Shown here in pieces: positions 9,081 to 24,000 of a stretch of 64,000 bases of DNA. Within the stretch, counting starts at the first letter, position 1. Every line of letters begins with the position of its first letter. The notes beneath the pieces were generated by a model, which worked only from the letters and a program-made list of their open reading frames with translations, had not been told where the DNA came from and ran no database searches. This DNA comes from Leptogorgia sarmentosa (Eukaryota). The position numbers and the translations under genes were made by a program. The stretch covers positions 2,108,001 to 2,172,000 of the forward strand of contig OZ210884.1 in NCBI GenBank assembly GCA_964658305.1, written 5' to 3'.

Positions 9081-12000
9081 CTATTGCTATTGCTCCTGTT
9101 GAGATTCCTTTGAAACAACGGGCTACCCATCATCATGCCCTTGCTCGTATTTTTATCACAGGTTTACGAAATTTTCGCTGCACATTGCTCTTGGCATGGT
9201 GAATACGCATGGTAAATTTTGTGGCGACACCATTCAAAGTGGAAGCCACAGAAGCAATCAAGTCCCTTCACCTGGTATGGTATATTTGCTATTGCTATTG
9301 CTCCTGTTGAGATTCCTTTGAAACAACGGGCTACCCATCATCATGCCCTTGCTCGTATTTTTATCACAGGTTTACGAAATTTTCGCTGCACATTGCTCTT
9401 GGCTTGGTGAATACGCATGGTAAATTTAGTGGCGACACCATTGAAAATGGAAGCGACAGAAGCAATCAAGTCCCTTCACCTGGTATGGTATATTTGCTAT
9501 TGCTACTGCTCCTGTTGAGATTCCTATGAAACAACGGGCTACCCATCATCATGCCCTTGCTCGTATTTTTATCACAGGTTTACGAAATTTTCGCTGCACA
9601 TTGCTCTTGGCATGGTGAATAGGCATGGAAAATTTGGTGGCGACACCATTCAAAATGGAAGCCACAGAAGCAATCAAGTCCCTTCACCTGGTATGGTATA
9701 TTTGCTATTGCTATTGCTCCTGTTGAGATTCCTTTGAAACAACGGGCTACCCATCATCATGCCCTTGCTCGTATTTTTATCACAGGTTTACGAACTTTTC
9801 GCTGCACATTGCTCTTGGCATGGTGAATACGCGTGGTAAATTTTGTGGCGACACCATTCAAAATGGAAGCCACAGAAGCAATCAAGTCCCTTCACCTGGT
9901 ATGGTATATTTGCTATTGCTATTGCTCCTGTTGAGATTCCTTTGAAACAACGTGCTACCCATCATCATGCCCTTGCTCGTATTTTTATCACAGGTTTACG
10001 AAATTTTCGCTGCACATTGCTCTTGGCAAGGTGAATACGCATGGTAAATTTAGTGGCGACACCATTCAAAATGGAAGCCACAGAAGCAATCAAGTCCCTT
10101 CACCTGGTATGGTATATTTGCTATTGCTATTGCTCCTGTTGAGATTCCTTTGAAACAACGGGCTACCCATCATCATGCCCTTGCTCGTATTTTTCTCACA
10201 GGTTTACGAAATTTTCGCTGCACATTGCTCTTGGCATGGTGAATACGCATGGTAAATTTAGTGGCGACACCATTCAAAATGGAAGCCACAGAAGCAATCA
10301 AGTCCCTTCACCTGGTATGGTATATTTGCTATTGCTATTGCTCCTGTTGAGATTCCTATGAAACAACGGGCTACCCATCATCATGCCCTTGCTCGTATTT
10401 TTATCACAGGTTTACGAAATTTTCGCTGCACATTGCTCTTGGCATGGTGAATAGGCATGGAAAATTTGGTGGCGACACCATTCAAAATGGAAGCCACAGA
10501 AGCAATCAAGTCCCTTCACCTGGTATGGTATATTTGCTATTGCCATTGCTCCTGTTGAGATTCCTTTGAAAACACGGGCTACCCATCATCATGCCCTTGC
10601 TCGTATTTTTATCACAGGTTTACGAAATTTTCGCTGCACATTGTTCTTGGCATGGTGAATACGCATGGTAAATGTAGTGGCGACACCATTCAAAATGGAA
10701 GCCACAGAAGCAATCAAGTCCCTTCACCTGGTATGGTATATTTGCTATTGCTATTGCTCCTGTTGAGATTCCTATGAAACAACGGGCTACCCATCATCAT
10801 GCCCTTGCTCGTATTTTTATCACAGGTTTACCAAATTTTCGCTGCACATTGCTCTTGGCATGGTAAATAGGCATGGCAAATTTGGTGCGGACACCATTCA
10901 AAATGGAAGCCACAGAAGCAATCAAGTCCCTTCACCTGGTATGGTATATTTGCTATTGCCATTGCTCCTGTTGAGATTCCTTTGAAAACACGGGCTACCC
11001 ATCATCATGCCCTTGCTCGTATTTTTATCACAGGTTTACGAAATTTTCGCTGCACATTGTTCTTGGGATGGTGAATCCGCATGGTAAATTTGGTGCGGAC
11101 ACCATTCAAAATGGATGCCACAGAAGCAATCAAGTCCCTTCACCTGGTATGGTATATTTGCTATTACTATTGCTCCTGTTGAGATTCCTTTGAAACAACG
11201 GCCTACCCATCATCATGCCCTTGCTCTTATTTTTATCACAGGTTTACGAAATTTTCGCTGCACATTGCTCTTGGCATGGTGAATACGCATGGTAAATTTG
11301 GTGGCGACACCATTCAAAATGGAAGCCACACAAGCAATCAAGTCCCTTCACCTGGTATGGTATATTTGCTATTGCTATTGCTCCTGTTGAGATTCCTTTG
11401 AAACAACGGGCTACCCATCATCATGCCCTTGCTCGTATTTTTATCACAGGTTTACGAAATTTTCGCTGCACATTGCTCTTGGCATGGTGAATACGCATAG
11501 TAAATTTTGTGGCGACACCATTCAAAGTGGAAGCCACAGAAGCAATCAAGTCCCTTCACCTGGTATGGTATATTTGCTATTGCTATTGCTCCTGTTGAGA
11601 TTCCTTTGAAACAACGGGCTACCCATCATCATGCCCTTGCTCGTATTTTTATCACAGGTTTACGAAATTTTCGCTGCACATTGCTCTTGGCATGGTGAAT
11701 ACGCATGGTAAATTTAGTGGCGACACCATTCAAAATGGAAGCCACAGAAGCAATCAAGTCCCTTCACCTGGTATGGTATATTTGCTATTGCTATTGCTCC
11801 TGTTGAGATTCCTATGAAACAACGGGCTACCCATCATCATGCCCTTGCTCGTATTTTTATCACAGGTTTACGAAATTTTCGCTGCACATTGCTCTTGGCA
11901 TGGTGAATAGGCATGGAAAACTTGGTGGCGACACCATTCAAAATAGAAGCCACAGAAGCAATCAAGTCCCTTCACCTGGTATGGTATATTTGCTATTGCT

Positions 12001-15000
12001 ATTGCTCCTGTTGAGATTCCTTTGAAACAACGGGCTACCCATCATCATGCCCTTGCTCGTATTTTTATCACAGGTTTATGAAATTTTCGCTGCACATTGC
12101 TCTTGGGATGGTGAATCAGCATGGTAAATTTGGTGCGGACACCATTCAAAATGGAAGCCACAGAAGCAATCAAGTCCCTTCACCTGATATGGTATATTTG
12201 CTATTGCTATTGCTCCTGTTGAGATTCTTTTGAAACAACGGGCTACCCATCATCATGCCCTTGTTCGTATTTTTATCACAGGTTTACGACATTTTCGCTG
12301 CACATTGCTTTTGGCATGGTGAATACGCATGGTAAATTTGGTTGCGACACCATTCGAAATGGAAGCCACAGAAGCAATCAAGTCCCTTCACCTGGTATGG
12401 TATATTTGCTATTGCTATTGCTCCTGTTGAGATTCCTTTGAAACAACGGGCTACCCATCATCATGCCCTTGCTCGTATTTTTATCACAGGTTTACGAAAT
12501 TTTCGCTGCACATTGTTCTTGGGATGGTGAATCCGCATGGTAAATTTGGTGCGGACACCATTCAAAATGGAAGCCACAGAAGCAATCAAGTCCCTTCACC
12601 TGGTATGGTATATTTGCTATTGCTATTGCTCCTGTTGAGATTCCTTTGAAACAACGGGCTACCCATCATCATGCCCTTGCTCGTATTTTTATCACAGGTT
12701 TACGAAATTTTCGCTGCACATTGCTCTTGGCATGGTGAATAGGCATGGTAAATTTGGCGCGGACACCTTTCAAAATGGAAGCCACAGAAGCAATCAAGTC
12801 CCTTAACCTGGTATGGTATATTTGCCATTGCTATTGCTCCTGTTGAGATTCCTTTGAAACAACGGGCTACCCATCATCATGCCCTTGCTCGTATTTTTAT
12901 CACAGGTTTACGAAATTTTCGCTGCACATTGCTCTTGGCATGGTGAATAGGCATGGTAAATTCGGTGGCGACACCATTCAAAATGGAAGCCACACAAGCA
13001 ATCAAGTCCCTTCACCTGGTATGGTATATTTGCTATTGCTATTGCTCCTGTTGAGATTCCTTTGAAACAACGGGCTACCCATCATCATGCCCTTGCTCGT
13101 ATTTTTATCACAGGTTTACGAAATTTTCGCTGCACATTGCTCTTGGCATGGTGAATAGGCATGGAAAATTTGGTGGCGACACCATTCAAAATGGAAGCCA
13201 CAGAAGCAATCAAGTCCCTTCACCTGGTATGGTATATTTGCTATTGCTATTGCTCCTGTTGAGATTCCTTTGAAACAACGGGCTACCCATCATCATGCCC
13301 TTGCTCGTATTTTTATCACAGGTTTACGAAATTTTCGCTGCACATTGCTCTTGGCATGGTGAATACGCATGGTAAATTTTGTGGCGACACCATTCAAAGT
13401 GGAAGCCACAGAAGCAATCAAGTCCCTTCACCTGGTATGGTATATTTGCTATTGCTATTGCTCCTGTTGAGATTCCTTTGAAACAACGGGCTACCCATCA
13501 TCATGCCCTTGCTCGTATTTTTATCACAGGTTTACGAAATTTTCGCTGCACATTGCTCTTGGCATGGTGAATACGCATGGTAAATTTAGTGGCGACACCA
13601 TTCAAAATGGAAGCCACAGAAGCAATCAAGTCCCTTCACCTGGTATGGTATATTTGCTATTGCTATTGCTCCTGTTGAGATTCCTATGAAACAACGGGCT
13701 ACCCATCATCATGCCCTTGCTCGTATTTTTATCACAGGTTTACGAAATTTTCGCTGCACATTGCTCTTGGCATGGTGAATAGGCATGGAAAATTTGGTGG
13801 CGACACCATTCAAAATAGAAGCCACAGAAGCAATCAAGTCCCTTCACCTGGTATGGTATATTTGCTATTGCTATTGCTCCTGTTGAGATTCCTTTGAAAC
13901 AACGGGCTACCCATCATCATGCCCTTGCTCGTATTTTTAACACAGGTTTACGAACTTTTCGCCGCACATTGCTCTTGGCATGGTGAATACGCATAGTAAA
14001 TTTGGTGGCGACACCATTCAAAATGGAAGCCACAGAAGCAATCAAGTCCCTTCACCTGGTATCGTATATTTGCTATTGCTATTGCTGCTGTTGAGATTCC
14101 TTTGAAACAACGGGCTACCCATCATCATGCCCTTGCTCGTATTTTTATCACAGGTTTACGAAATTTTCGCTGCACATTGCTCTTGGCATGGTGAATAGGC
14201 ATGGTAAATTTGGCGCGGACACCTTTCAAAATGGAAGCCACAGAAGCAATCAAGTCCCTTCACCTGGTATGGTATATTTGCCATTGCTATTGCTCCTGTT
14301 GAGATTCCTTTGAAACAACGGGCTACCCATCATCATGCCCTTGCTCGTATTTTTATCACAGGTTTACGAAATTTTCGCTGCACATTGCTCTTGGCATGGT
14401 GAATAGGCATGGTAAATTCGGTGGCGACACCATTCAAAATGGAAGCCACACAAGCAATCAAGTCCCTTCACCTGGTATGGTATATTTGCTATTGCTATTG
14501 CTCCTGTTGAGATTCCTTTGAAACAACGGGCTACCCATCATCATGCCCTTGCTCGTATTTTTATCACAGGTTTACGAAATTTTCGCTGCACATTGCTCTT
14601 GGCATGGTGAATAGGCATGGAAAATTTGGTGGCGACACCATTCAAAATGGAAGCCACAGAAGCAATCAAGTCCCTTCACCTGGTATGGTATATTTGCTAT
14701 TGCTATTGCTCCTGTTGAGATTCCTTTGAAACAACGGGCTACCCATCATCATGCCCTTGCTCGTATTTTTATCACAGGTTTACGAAATTTTCGCTGCACA
14801 TTGCTCTTGGCATGGTGAATACGCATGGTAAATTTTGTGGCGACACCATTCAAAGTGGAAGCCACAGAAGCAATCAAGTCCCTTCACCTGGTATGGTATA
14901 TTTGCTATTGCTATTGCTCCTGTTGAGATTCCTTTGAAACAACGGGCTACCCATCATCATGCCCTTGCTCGTATTTTTATCACAGGTTTACGAAATTTTC

Positions 15001-18000
15001 GCTGCACATTGCTCTTGGCATGGTGAATACGCATGGTAAATTTAGTGGCGACACCATTCAAAATGGAAGCCACAGAAGCAATCAAGTCCCTTCACCTGGT
15101 ATGGTATATTTGCTATTGCTATTGCTCCTGTTGAGATTCCTATGAAACAACGGGCTACCCATCATCATGCCCTTGCTCGTATTTTTATCACAGGTTTACG
15201 AAATTTTCGCTGCACATTGCTCTTGGCATGGTGAATAGGCATGGAAAATTTGGTGGCGACACCATTCAAAATAGAAGCCACAGAAGCAATCAAGTCCCTT
15301 CACCTGGTATGGTATATTTGCTATTGCTATTGCTCCTGTTGAGATTCCTTTGAAACAACGGGCTACCCATCATCATGCCCTTGCTCGTATTTTTAACACA
15401 GGTTTACGAACTTTTCGCCGCACATTGCTCTTGGCATGGTGAATACGCATAGTAAATTTGGTGGCGACACCATTCAAAATGGAAGCCACAGAAGCAATCA
15501 AGTCCCTTCACCTGGTATCGTATATTTGCTATTGCTATTGCTGCTGTTGAGATTCCTTTGAAACAACGGGCTACCCATCATCATTTCCTTGCTCGTATTT
15601 TTATCACAGGTTTACGAAATTTTCGCCGCACATTGCTCTTGGCATGGTGAATACGCATGGTAAATTTGGTAGCGACACCATTCAAAATTGAAGCCACAGA
15701 AGCAATCAAGTCCCTTCACCTGGTATGGTATATTTGCTATTGCTATTGCTCCTGTTGAGATTCCTTTGAAACAACGGGCTACCCATCATCATGCCCTTGC
15801 TCGTATTTTTATCACAAGTTTACGACATTTTCGCTGCACATTGCTCTTGGCATGGTGAATAGGCATGGAAAATTTGGTGGCGACACCATTCAAAATGGAA
15901 GCCACAGAAGCAATCAAGTCCCTTCACCTGGTATGGTATATTTGCTATTGCTATTGCTCCTGTTGAGATTCCTTTGAAACAATGGGCTACCCATCATCAT
16001 GCCCTTGCTCGTATTTTTATCACAGGTTTATGAAATTTTCGCTGCACATTGCTCATGGGATGGTGAATCAGCATGGTAAATTTGGTGCGGACACCATTCA
16101 AAATGGAAGCCACAGAAGCAATCAAGTCCCTTCACCTGATATGGTATATTTGCTATTGCTATTGCTCCTGTTGAGATTCTTTTGAAACAACGGGCTACCC
16201 ATCATCATGCCCTTGTTCGTATTTTTATCACAGGTTTACGACATTTTCGCTGCACATTGCTTTTGGCATGGTGAATACGCATGGTAAATTTGGTTGCGAC
16301 ACCATTCGAAATGGAAGCCACAGAAGCAATCAAGTCCCTTCACCTGGTATGGTATATTTGCTATTGCTATTGCTCCTGTTGAGATTCCTTTGAAACAACG
16401 GGCTACCCATCATCATGCCCTTGCTCGTATTTTTATCACAGGTTTACGAAATTTTCGCTGCACATTGTTCTTGGGATGGTGAATCCGCATGGTAAATTTG
16501 GTGCGGACACCATTCAAAATGGAAGCCACAGAAGCAATCAAGTCCCTTCACCTGGTATGGTATATTTGCTATTGCTATTGCTCCTGTTGAGATTCCTTTG
16601 AAACAACGGGCTACCCATCATCATGCCCTTGCTCGTATTTTTATCACAGGTTTACGAAATTTTCGCTGCACATTGCTCTTGGCATGGTGAATAGGCATGG
16701 TAAATTTGGCGCGGACACCATTCAAAATGGAAGCCACAGAAGCAATCAAGTCCCTTCACCTGGTATGGTATATTTGCCATTGCTATTGCTCCTGTTGAGA
16801 TTCCTTTGAAACAACGGGCTACCCATCATCATGCCCTTGCTCGTATTTTTATCATAGGTTTACGAAATTTTCGCTGCACATTGCTCTTGGCATGGTGAAT
16901 AGGCATGGTAAATTTGGCGCGGACACCATTCAAAATGGAAGCCACACAAGCAATCAAGTCCCTTCACCTGGTATGGTATATTTGCTATTGCTATTGCTCC
17001 TGTTGAGATTCATTTGAAACAACGGGCTACCCATCATCATGCCCTTGCTCGTATTTTTATCACAGGTTTACGAAATTTTCGGTGCACATTGCTCTTGGCA
17101 TGGTGAATAGGCATGGAAAATTTGGTGGCGACACCATTCAAAATGGAAGCCACAGAAGCAATCAAGTCCCTTCACCTGGTATGGTATATTTGCTATTGCT
17201 ATTGCTCCTGTTGAGATTCCTTTGAAACAACGGGCTACCCATCATCATGCCCTTGCTCGTATTTTTATCACAGGTTTACGAAATTTTCGCTGCACATTGC
17301 TCTTGGCATGGTGAATACGCATGGTAAATTTTGTGGCGACACCATTCAAAGTGGAAGCCACAGAAGCAATCAAGTCCCTTCACCTGGTATGGTATATTTG
17401 CTATTGCTATTGCTCCTGTTGAGATTCCTTTGAAACAACGGGCTACCCATCATCATGCCCTTGCTCGTATTTTTATCACAGGTTTACGAAATTTTCGCTG
17501 CACATTGCTCTTGGCATGGTGAATACGCATGGTAAATTTAGTGGCGACACCATTCAAAATGGAAGCCAAAGAAGCAATCAAGTCCCTTCACCTGGTATGG
17601 TATATTTGCTATTGCTATTGCTCCTGTTGAGATTCCTATGAAACAACGGGCTACCCATCATCATGCCCTTGCTCGTATTTTTATCACAGGTTTACGAAAT
17701 TTTCGCTGCACATTGCTCTTGGCATGGTGAATAGGCATGGAAAATTTCGTGGCGACACCATTCAAAATAGAAGCCACAGAAGCAATCAAGTCCCTTCACC
17801 TGGTATGGTATATTTCCTATTGCTATTGCTCCTGTTGAGATTCCTTTGAAACAACGGGCTACCCATCATCATGCCCTTGCTCGTATTTTTATCACAGGTT
17901 TACGAAATTTTCGCTGCACATTGCTCTTGGCATGGTGAATACGCATGGTAAATTTTGTGGCGACACCATTCAAAGTGGAAGCCACAGAAGCAATCAAGTC

Positions 18001-21000
18001 CCTTCACCTGGTATGGTATATTTGCTATTGCTATTGCTCCTGTTGAGATTCCTTTGAAACAACGGGCTACCCATCATCATGCCCTTGCTCGTATTTTTAT
18101 CACAGGTTTACGAAATTTTCGCTGCACATTGCTCTTGGCATGGTGAATACGCATGGTAAATTTAGTGGCGACACCATTGAAAATGGAAGCCACAGAAGCA
18201 ATCAAGTCCCTTCACCTGGTATGGTATATTTGCTATTGCTATTGCTCCTGTTGAGATTCCTTTGAAACAACGGGCTACCCATCATCATGCCCCTGCTCGT
18301 ATTTTTATCACAGGTTTACGAAATTTTCGCTGCGCATTGCTCTTGGCATGGTGAATAGGCATGGTAAATTTGGCGCGGACACCATTCAAAATGGAAGCCA
18401 CACAAGCAATCAAGTCCCTTCACCTGGTATGGTATATTTGCTATTGCTATTGCTCCTGTTGAGATTCATTTGAAACAACGGGCTACCCATCATCATGCCC
18501 TTGCTCGTATTTTTATCACAGGTTTACGAAATTTTCGGTGCACATTGCTCTTGGCATGGTGAATAGGCATGGAAAATTTGGTGGCGACACCATTCAAAAT
18601 GGAAGCCACAGAAGCAATCAAGTCCCTTCACCTGGTATGGTATATTTGCTATTGCTATTGCTCCTGTTGAGATTCCTTTGAAACAACGGGCTACCCATCA
18701 TCATGCCCTTGCTCGTATTTTTATCACAGGTTTACGAAATTTTCGCTGCACATTGCTCTTGGCATGGTGAATACGCATGGTAAATTTTGTGGCGACACCA
18801 TTCAAAGTGGAAGCCACAGAAGCAATCAAGTCCCTTCACCTGGAATGGTATATTTGCTATTGCTATTGCTCCTGTTGAGATTCCTTTGAAACAACGGGCT
18901 ACCCATCATCATGCCCTTGCTCGTATTTTTATCACAGGTTTACGAAATTTTCGCTGCACATTGCTCTTGGCATGGTGAATACGCATGGTAAATTTAGTGG
19001 CGACACCATTCAAAATGGAAGCCAAACAAGCAATCAAGTCCCTTCACCTGGTATGGTATATTTGCTATTGCTATTGCTCCTGTTGAGATTCCTATGAAAC
19101 AACGGGCTACCCATCATCATGCCCTTGCTCGTATTTTTATCACAGGTTTACGAAATTTTCGCTGCACATTGCTCTTGGCATGGTGAATAGGCATGGAAAA
19201 TTTGGTGGCGACACCATTCAAAATAGAAGCCACAGAAGCAATCAAGTCCCTTCACCTGGTATGGTATATTTCCTATTGCTATTGCTCCTGTTGAGATTCC
19301 TTTGAAACAACGGGCTACCCATCATCATGCCCTTGCTCGTATTTTTATCACAGGTTTACGAAATTTTCGCTGCACATTGCTCTTGGCATGGTGAATACGC
19401 ATGGTAAATTTTGTGGCGACACCATTCAAAGTGGAAGCCACAGAAGCAATCAAGTCCCTTCACCTGGTATGGTATATTTGCTATTGCTATTGCTCCTGTT
19501 GAGATTCCTTTGAAACAACGGGCTACCCATCATCATGCCCTTGCTCGTATTTTTATCACAGGTTTACGAAATTTTCGCTGCACATTGCTCTTGGCATGGT
19601 GAATACGCATGGTAAATTTAGTGGCGACACCATTGAAAATGGAAGCCACAGAAGCAATCAAGTCCCTTCACCTGGTATGGTATATTTGCTATTGCTATTG
19701 CTCCTGTTGAGATTCCTTTGAAACAACGGGCTACCCATCATCATGCCCCTGCTCGTATTTTTATCACAGGTTTACGAAATTTTCGCTGCACATTGCTCTT
19801 GGCATGGTGAATACGCATGGTAAATTTAGTGGCGACACCATTCAAAATGGAAGCCACAGAAGCAATCAAGTCCCTTCACCTGGTATGGTATATTTGCTAT
19901 TGCTATTGCTCCTGTTGAGATTCCTATGAAACAACGGGCTACCCATCATCATGCCCTTGCTCGTATTTTTATCACAGGTTTACGAAATTTTCGCTGCACA
20001 TTGCTCTTGGCATGGTGAATAGGCATGGAAAATTTGGTGGCGACACCATTCAAAATGGAAGCCACAGAAGCAATCAAGTCCCTTCACCTGGTATGGTATA
20101 TTTGCTATTGCCATTGCTCCTGTTGAGATTCCTTTGAAACAACGGGCTACCCATCATCATGCCCTTGCTCGTATTTTTATCACAGGTTTACGAAATTTTC
20201 GCTACACATTGTTCTTGGGATGGTGAATCCGCATGGTAAATTTGGTGCGGACACCATTCAAAATGGAAGCCACAGAAGCAATCAAGTCCCTTCACCTGGT
20301 ATGGTATATTTGCTATTACTATTGCTCCTGTTGAGATTCCTTTGAAACAACGGCCTACCCATCATCATGCCCTTGCTCGTATTTTTATCACAGGTTTACG
20401 AAATTTTCGCTGCACATTGCTCTTGGCATGGTGAATAGGCATGGTAAATTTGGTGCGGACACCATTCAAAATGGAAGCCACAGAAGCAATCAAGTCCCTT
20501 CACCTGGTATGGTATATTTGCTATTGCTATTGCTCCTGTTGAGATTCCTTTGAAACAACGGGCTACCCATCATCATGCCCTTGCTCGTATTTTTATCACA
20601 GGTTTACGAAATTTTCGCTGCACATCGCTCTTGGCATGGTGAATAGGCATGGTAAATTTGGTGGCGACACCATTCAAAATGGAAGCCACACAAGCAATCA
20701 AGTCCCTTCACCTGGTATGGTATATTTGCTATTGCTATTGCTCCTGTTGAGATTCCTTTGAAACAACGGGCTACCCATCATCATGCCCTTGCTCGTATTT
20801 TTATCACAGGTTTACGAAATTTTCGCTGCACATTGCTCTTGGCATGGTGAATAGGCATGGAAAATTTGGTGGCGACACCATTCAAAATGGAAGCCACAGA
20901 AGCAATCAAGTCCCTTCACCTGGTATGGTATATTTGCTATTGCTATTGCTCCTGTTGAGATTCCTTTGAAACAACGGGCTACCCATCATCCTGCCCTTGC

Positions 21001-24000
21001 TCTTATTTTTATCACAGGTTTACGAAATTTTCGCTGCACATTGCTCTTGGCATGGTGAATAGGCATGGAAAATTTGGTGGCGACACCATTCAAAATGGAA
21101 GCCACAGAAGCAATCAAGTCCCTTCACCTGGTATGGTATATTTGCTATTGCTATTGCTCCTGTTGAGATTCCTTTGAAACAACGGGCTACCCATCATCCT
21201 GCCCTTGCTCTTATTTTTATCACAGGTTTACGAAATTTTCGCTGCACATTGCTCTTGGCATGGTGAATACGCATGGTAAATTTAGTGGCGACACCATTCA
21301 AAATGGAAGCCACAGAAGCAATCAAGTCCCTTCACCTGGTATGGTATATTTGCTATTGCTATTGCTCCTGTTGAGATTCCTATGAAACAACGGGCTACCC
21401 ATCATCATGCCCTTGCTCGTATTTTTATCACAGGTTTACGAAATTTTCGCTGCACATTGCTCTTCGCATGGTGAATAGGCATGGAAAATTTGGTGGCGAC
21501 ACCATTCAAAATAGAAGCCACAGAAGCAATCAAGTCCCTTAACCTGGTATGGTATATTTGCTATTGCTATTGCTCCTGTTGAGATTCCTATGAAACAACG
21601 GGCTACCCATCATCATGCCCTTGCTCGTATTTTTATCACAGGTTTACGAAATTTTCGCTGCACATTGCTCTTCGCATGGTGAATAGGCATGGAAAATTTG
21701 GTGGCGACACCATTCAAAATAGAAGCCACAGAAGCAATCAAGTCCCTTAACCTGGTATGGTATATTTGCTATTGCTATTGCTCCTGTTGAGATTCCTTTG
21801 AAACAACGGGCTACCCATCATCATGCCCTTGCTCGTATTTTTATCACAGGTTTACGAACTTTTCGCCGCACATTGCTCTTGGCATGGTGAATACGCATAG
21901 TAAATTTGGTGGCGACACCATTTGAAATGGAAGCCACAGAAGCAATCAAGTCCCTTCACCTAATATGGTATATTTGCTATTGCTATTGCTCCTGTTGAGA
22001 TTCCTTTGAAACAACGGGCTACCCATCATCATGCCCTTGCTCGTATTTTTATCACAGGTTTACGAAATTTTCGCTGCACATTGTTCATGGCATGGTGAAT
22101 ACGCATGGTAAATTTGGTGGCGACACCATTCAAAATCGAAGCCACAGAAGCAATCAAGTCCCTTCTCCTGGTATGGTATATTTGCTATTGCTCCTGTTGA
22201 GATTCCTTTGAAACAACGGGCTACCCATCATCATGCCCTTGCTCGTATTTTTATCACAGGTTTACGAAATTTTCGCTGCACATTGCTCTTGGCATGCTGA
22301 ATACGCATGGTCAATTTGGTGGCGACACCATTCAAAATGGAAGCCACAGAAGCAATCAAGTCCCTTCACCTGGTATGGTATATTTGCTATTGCTATTGCT
22401 CCTGTTGAGATTCCTATGAAACAACGGGCTACCCATCATCATGCCCTTGCTCGTATTTTTATCACAAGTTTACGATATTTTCGCTGCACATTGCTCTTGG
22501 CATGGTGAATAGGCATGGAAAATTTGGTGGCGACACCATTCAAAATGGAAGCCACAGAAGCAATCAAGTCCCTTCACCTGGTATGGTATATTTGCTATTG
22601 CTATTGCTCCTGTTGAGATTCCTATGAAACAACGGGCTACCCATCATCATGCCCTTGCTCGTATTTTTATCACAAGTTTACGATATTTTCGCTGCACATT
22701 GCTCTTGGCATGGTGAATAGGCATGGAAAATTTGGTGGCGACACCATTCAAAATGGAAGCCACAGAAGCAATCAAGTCCCTTCACCTGGTATGGTATATT
22801 TGCTATTGCTATTGCTCCTGTTGAGATTCCTTTGAAACAACGGGCTACCCATCATCATGCCCTTGCTCGTATTTTTATCACAGGTTTACGAAATTTTCGC
22901 TGCACATTGCTCTTGGCAAGGTGAATACGCATGGTAAATTTAGTGGCGACACCATTCAAAATGGAAGCCACAGAAGCAATCAAGTCCCTTCACCTGGTAT
23001 GGTATATTTGCTATTGCTATTGCTCCTGTTAAGATTCCTATGAAACAATGGGCTACCCATCATCATGCCCTTGCTCGTATTTTTATCACAGGTTTACGCA
23101 ATTTTCGCTGCACATTGCTCTTGGCATGGTGAATACGCATGGTAAATTTGGTGGCGACACCATTCGAAATGGAAGCAACAGAAGCAATCAAGTCCCTTCA
23201 CCTGGTATGGTATATTTGCTATTGCTATTGCTCCTGTTGAGATTCCTTTGAAACAACGGGCTACCCATCATCATGCCCTTGCTCGTATTTTTATCACAGG
23301 TTTACGAAATTTTCGCTGCACATTGCTCTTGGCATGGTGAATACGCATGGTAAATTTGGTGGCGACACCATTCAAAATGGAAGCCACAGAAGCAATCAAG
23401 TCCCTTCACCTGGTATGGTATATTTGCTATTGCTATTGCTCCTGTTGAGATTCCTTTGAAACAACGGGCTACCCATCATCATGCCCTTGCTAGTATTTTT
23501 ATCACAGGTTCACGAAATTTTCGCTGCTCATTGCTTTTGGCGATGGTGAATACGCATGGTAAATTTGGTGGCGACACCATTCAAAATGGAAGCCACAGAA
23601 GCAATCAAGTCCCTTCACCTGGTATGGTATATTTGCTATTGCTATTGCTCCTGTTGAGATTCCATTGAAACAACGGGCTACCCATCATCATGCCCTTGCT
23701 CGTATTTTTATCACAGGTTTACGACATTTTCGCTGCACATTGCTCTTGGCATGGTGAATACGCATGGTAAATTTGGTGGCGACACCATTCGAAATGGAAG
23801 CCACAGAAGCAATCAAGTCCCTTCACCTGGTATGGTATATTTGCTATTGCTATTGCTCCTGTTGAGATTCCTTTGAAACAACGGGCTACCCGTCATCATG
23901 CCCTTGCTCGTATTTTTATCACAGGTTTACGAACTTTTCGCCGCACATTGCTCTTGGCATGGTGAATACGCATAGTAAATTTGGTGGCGACACCATTCAA

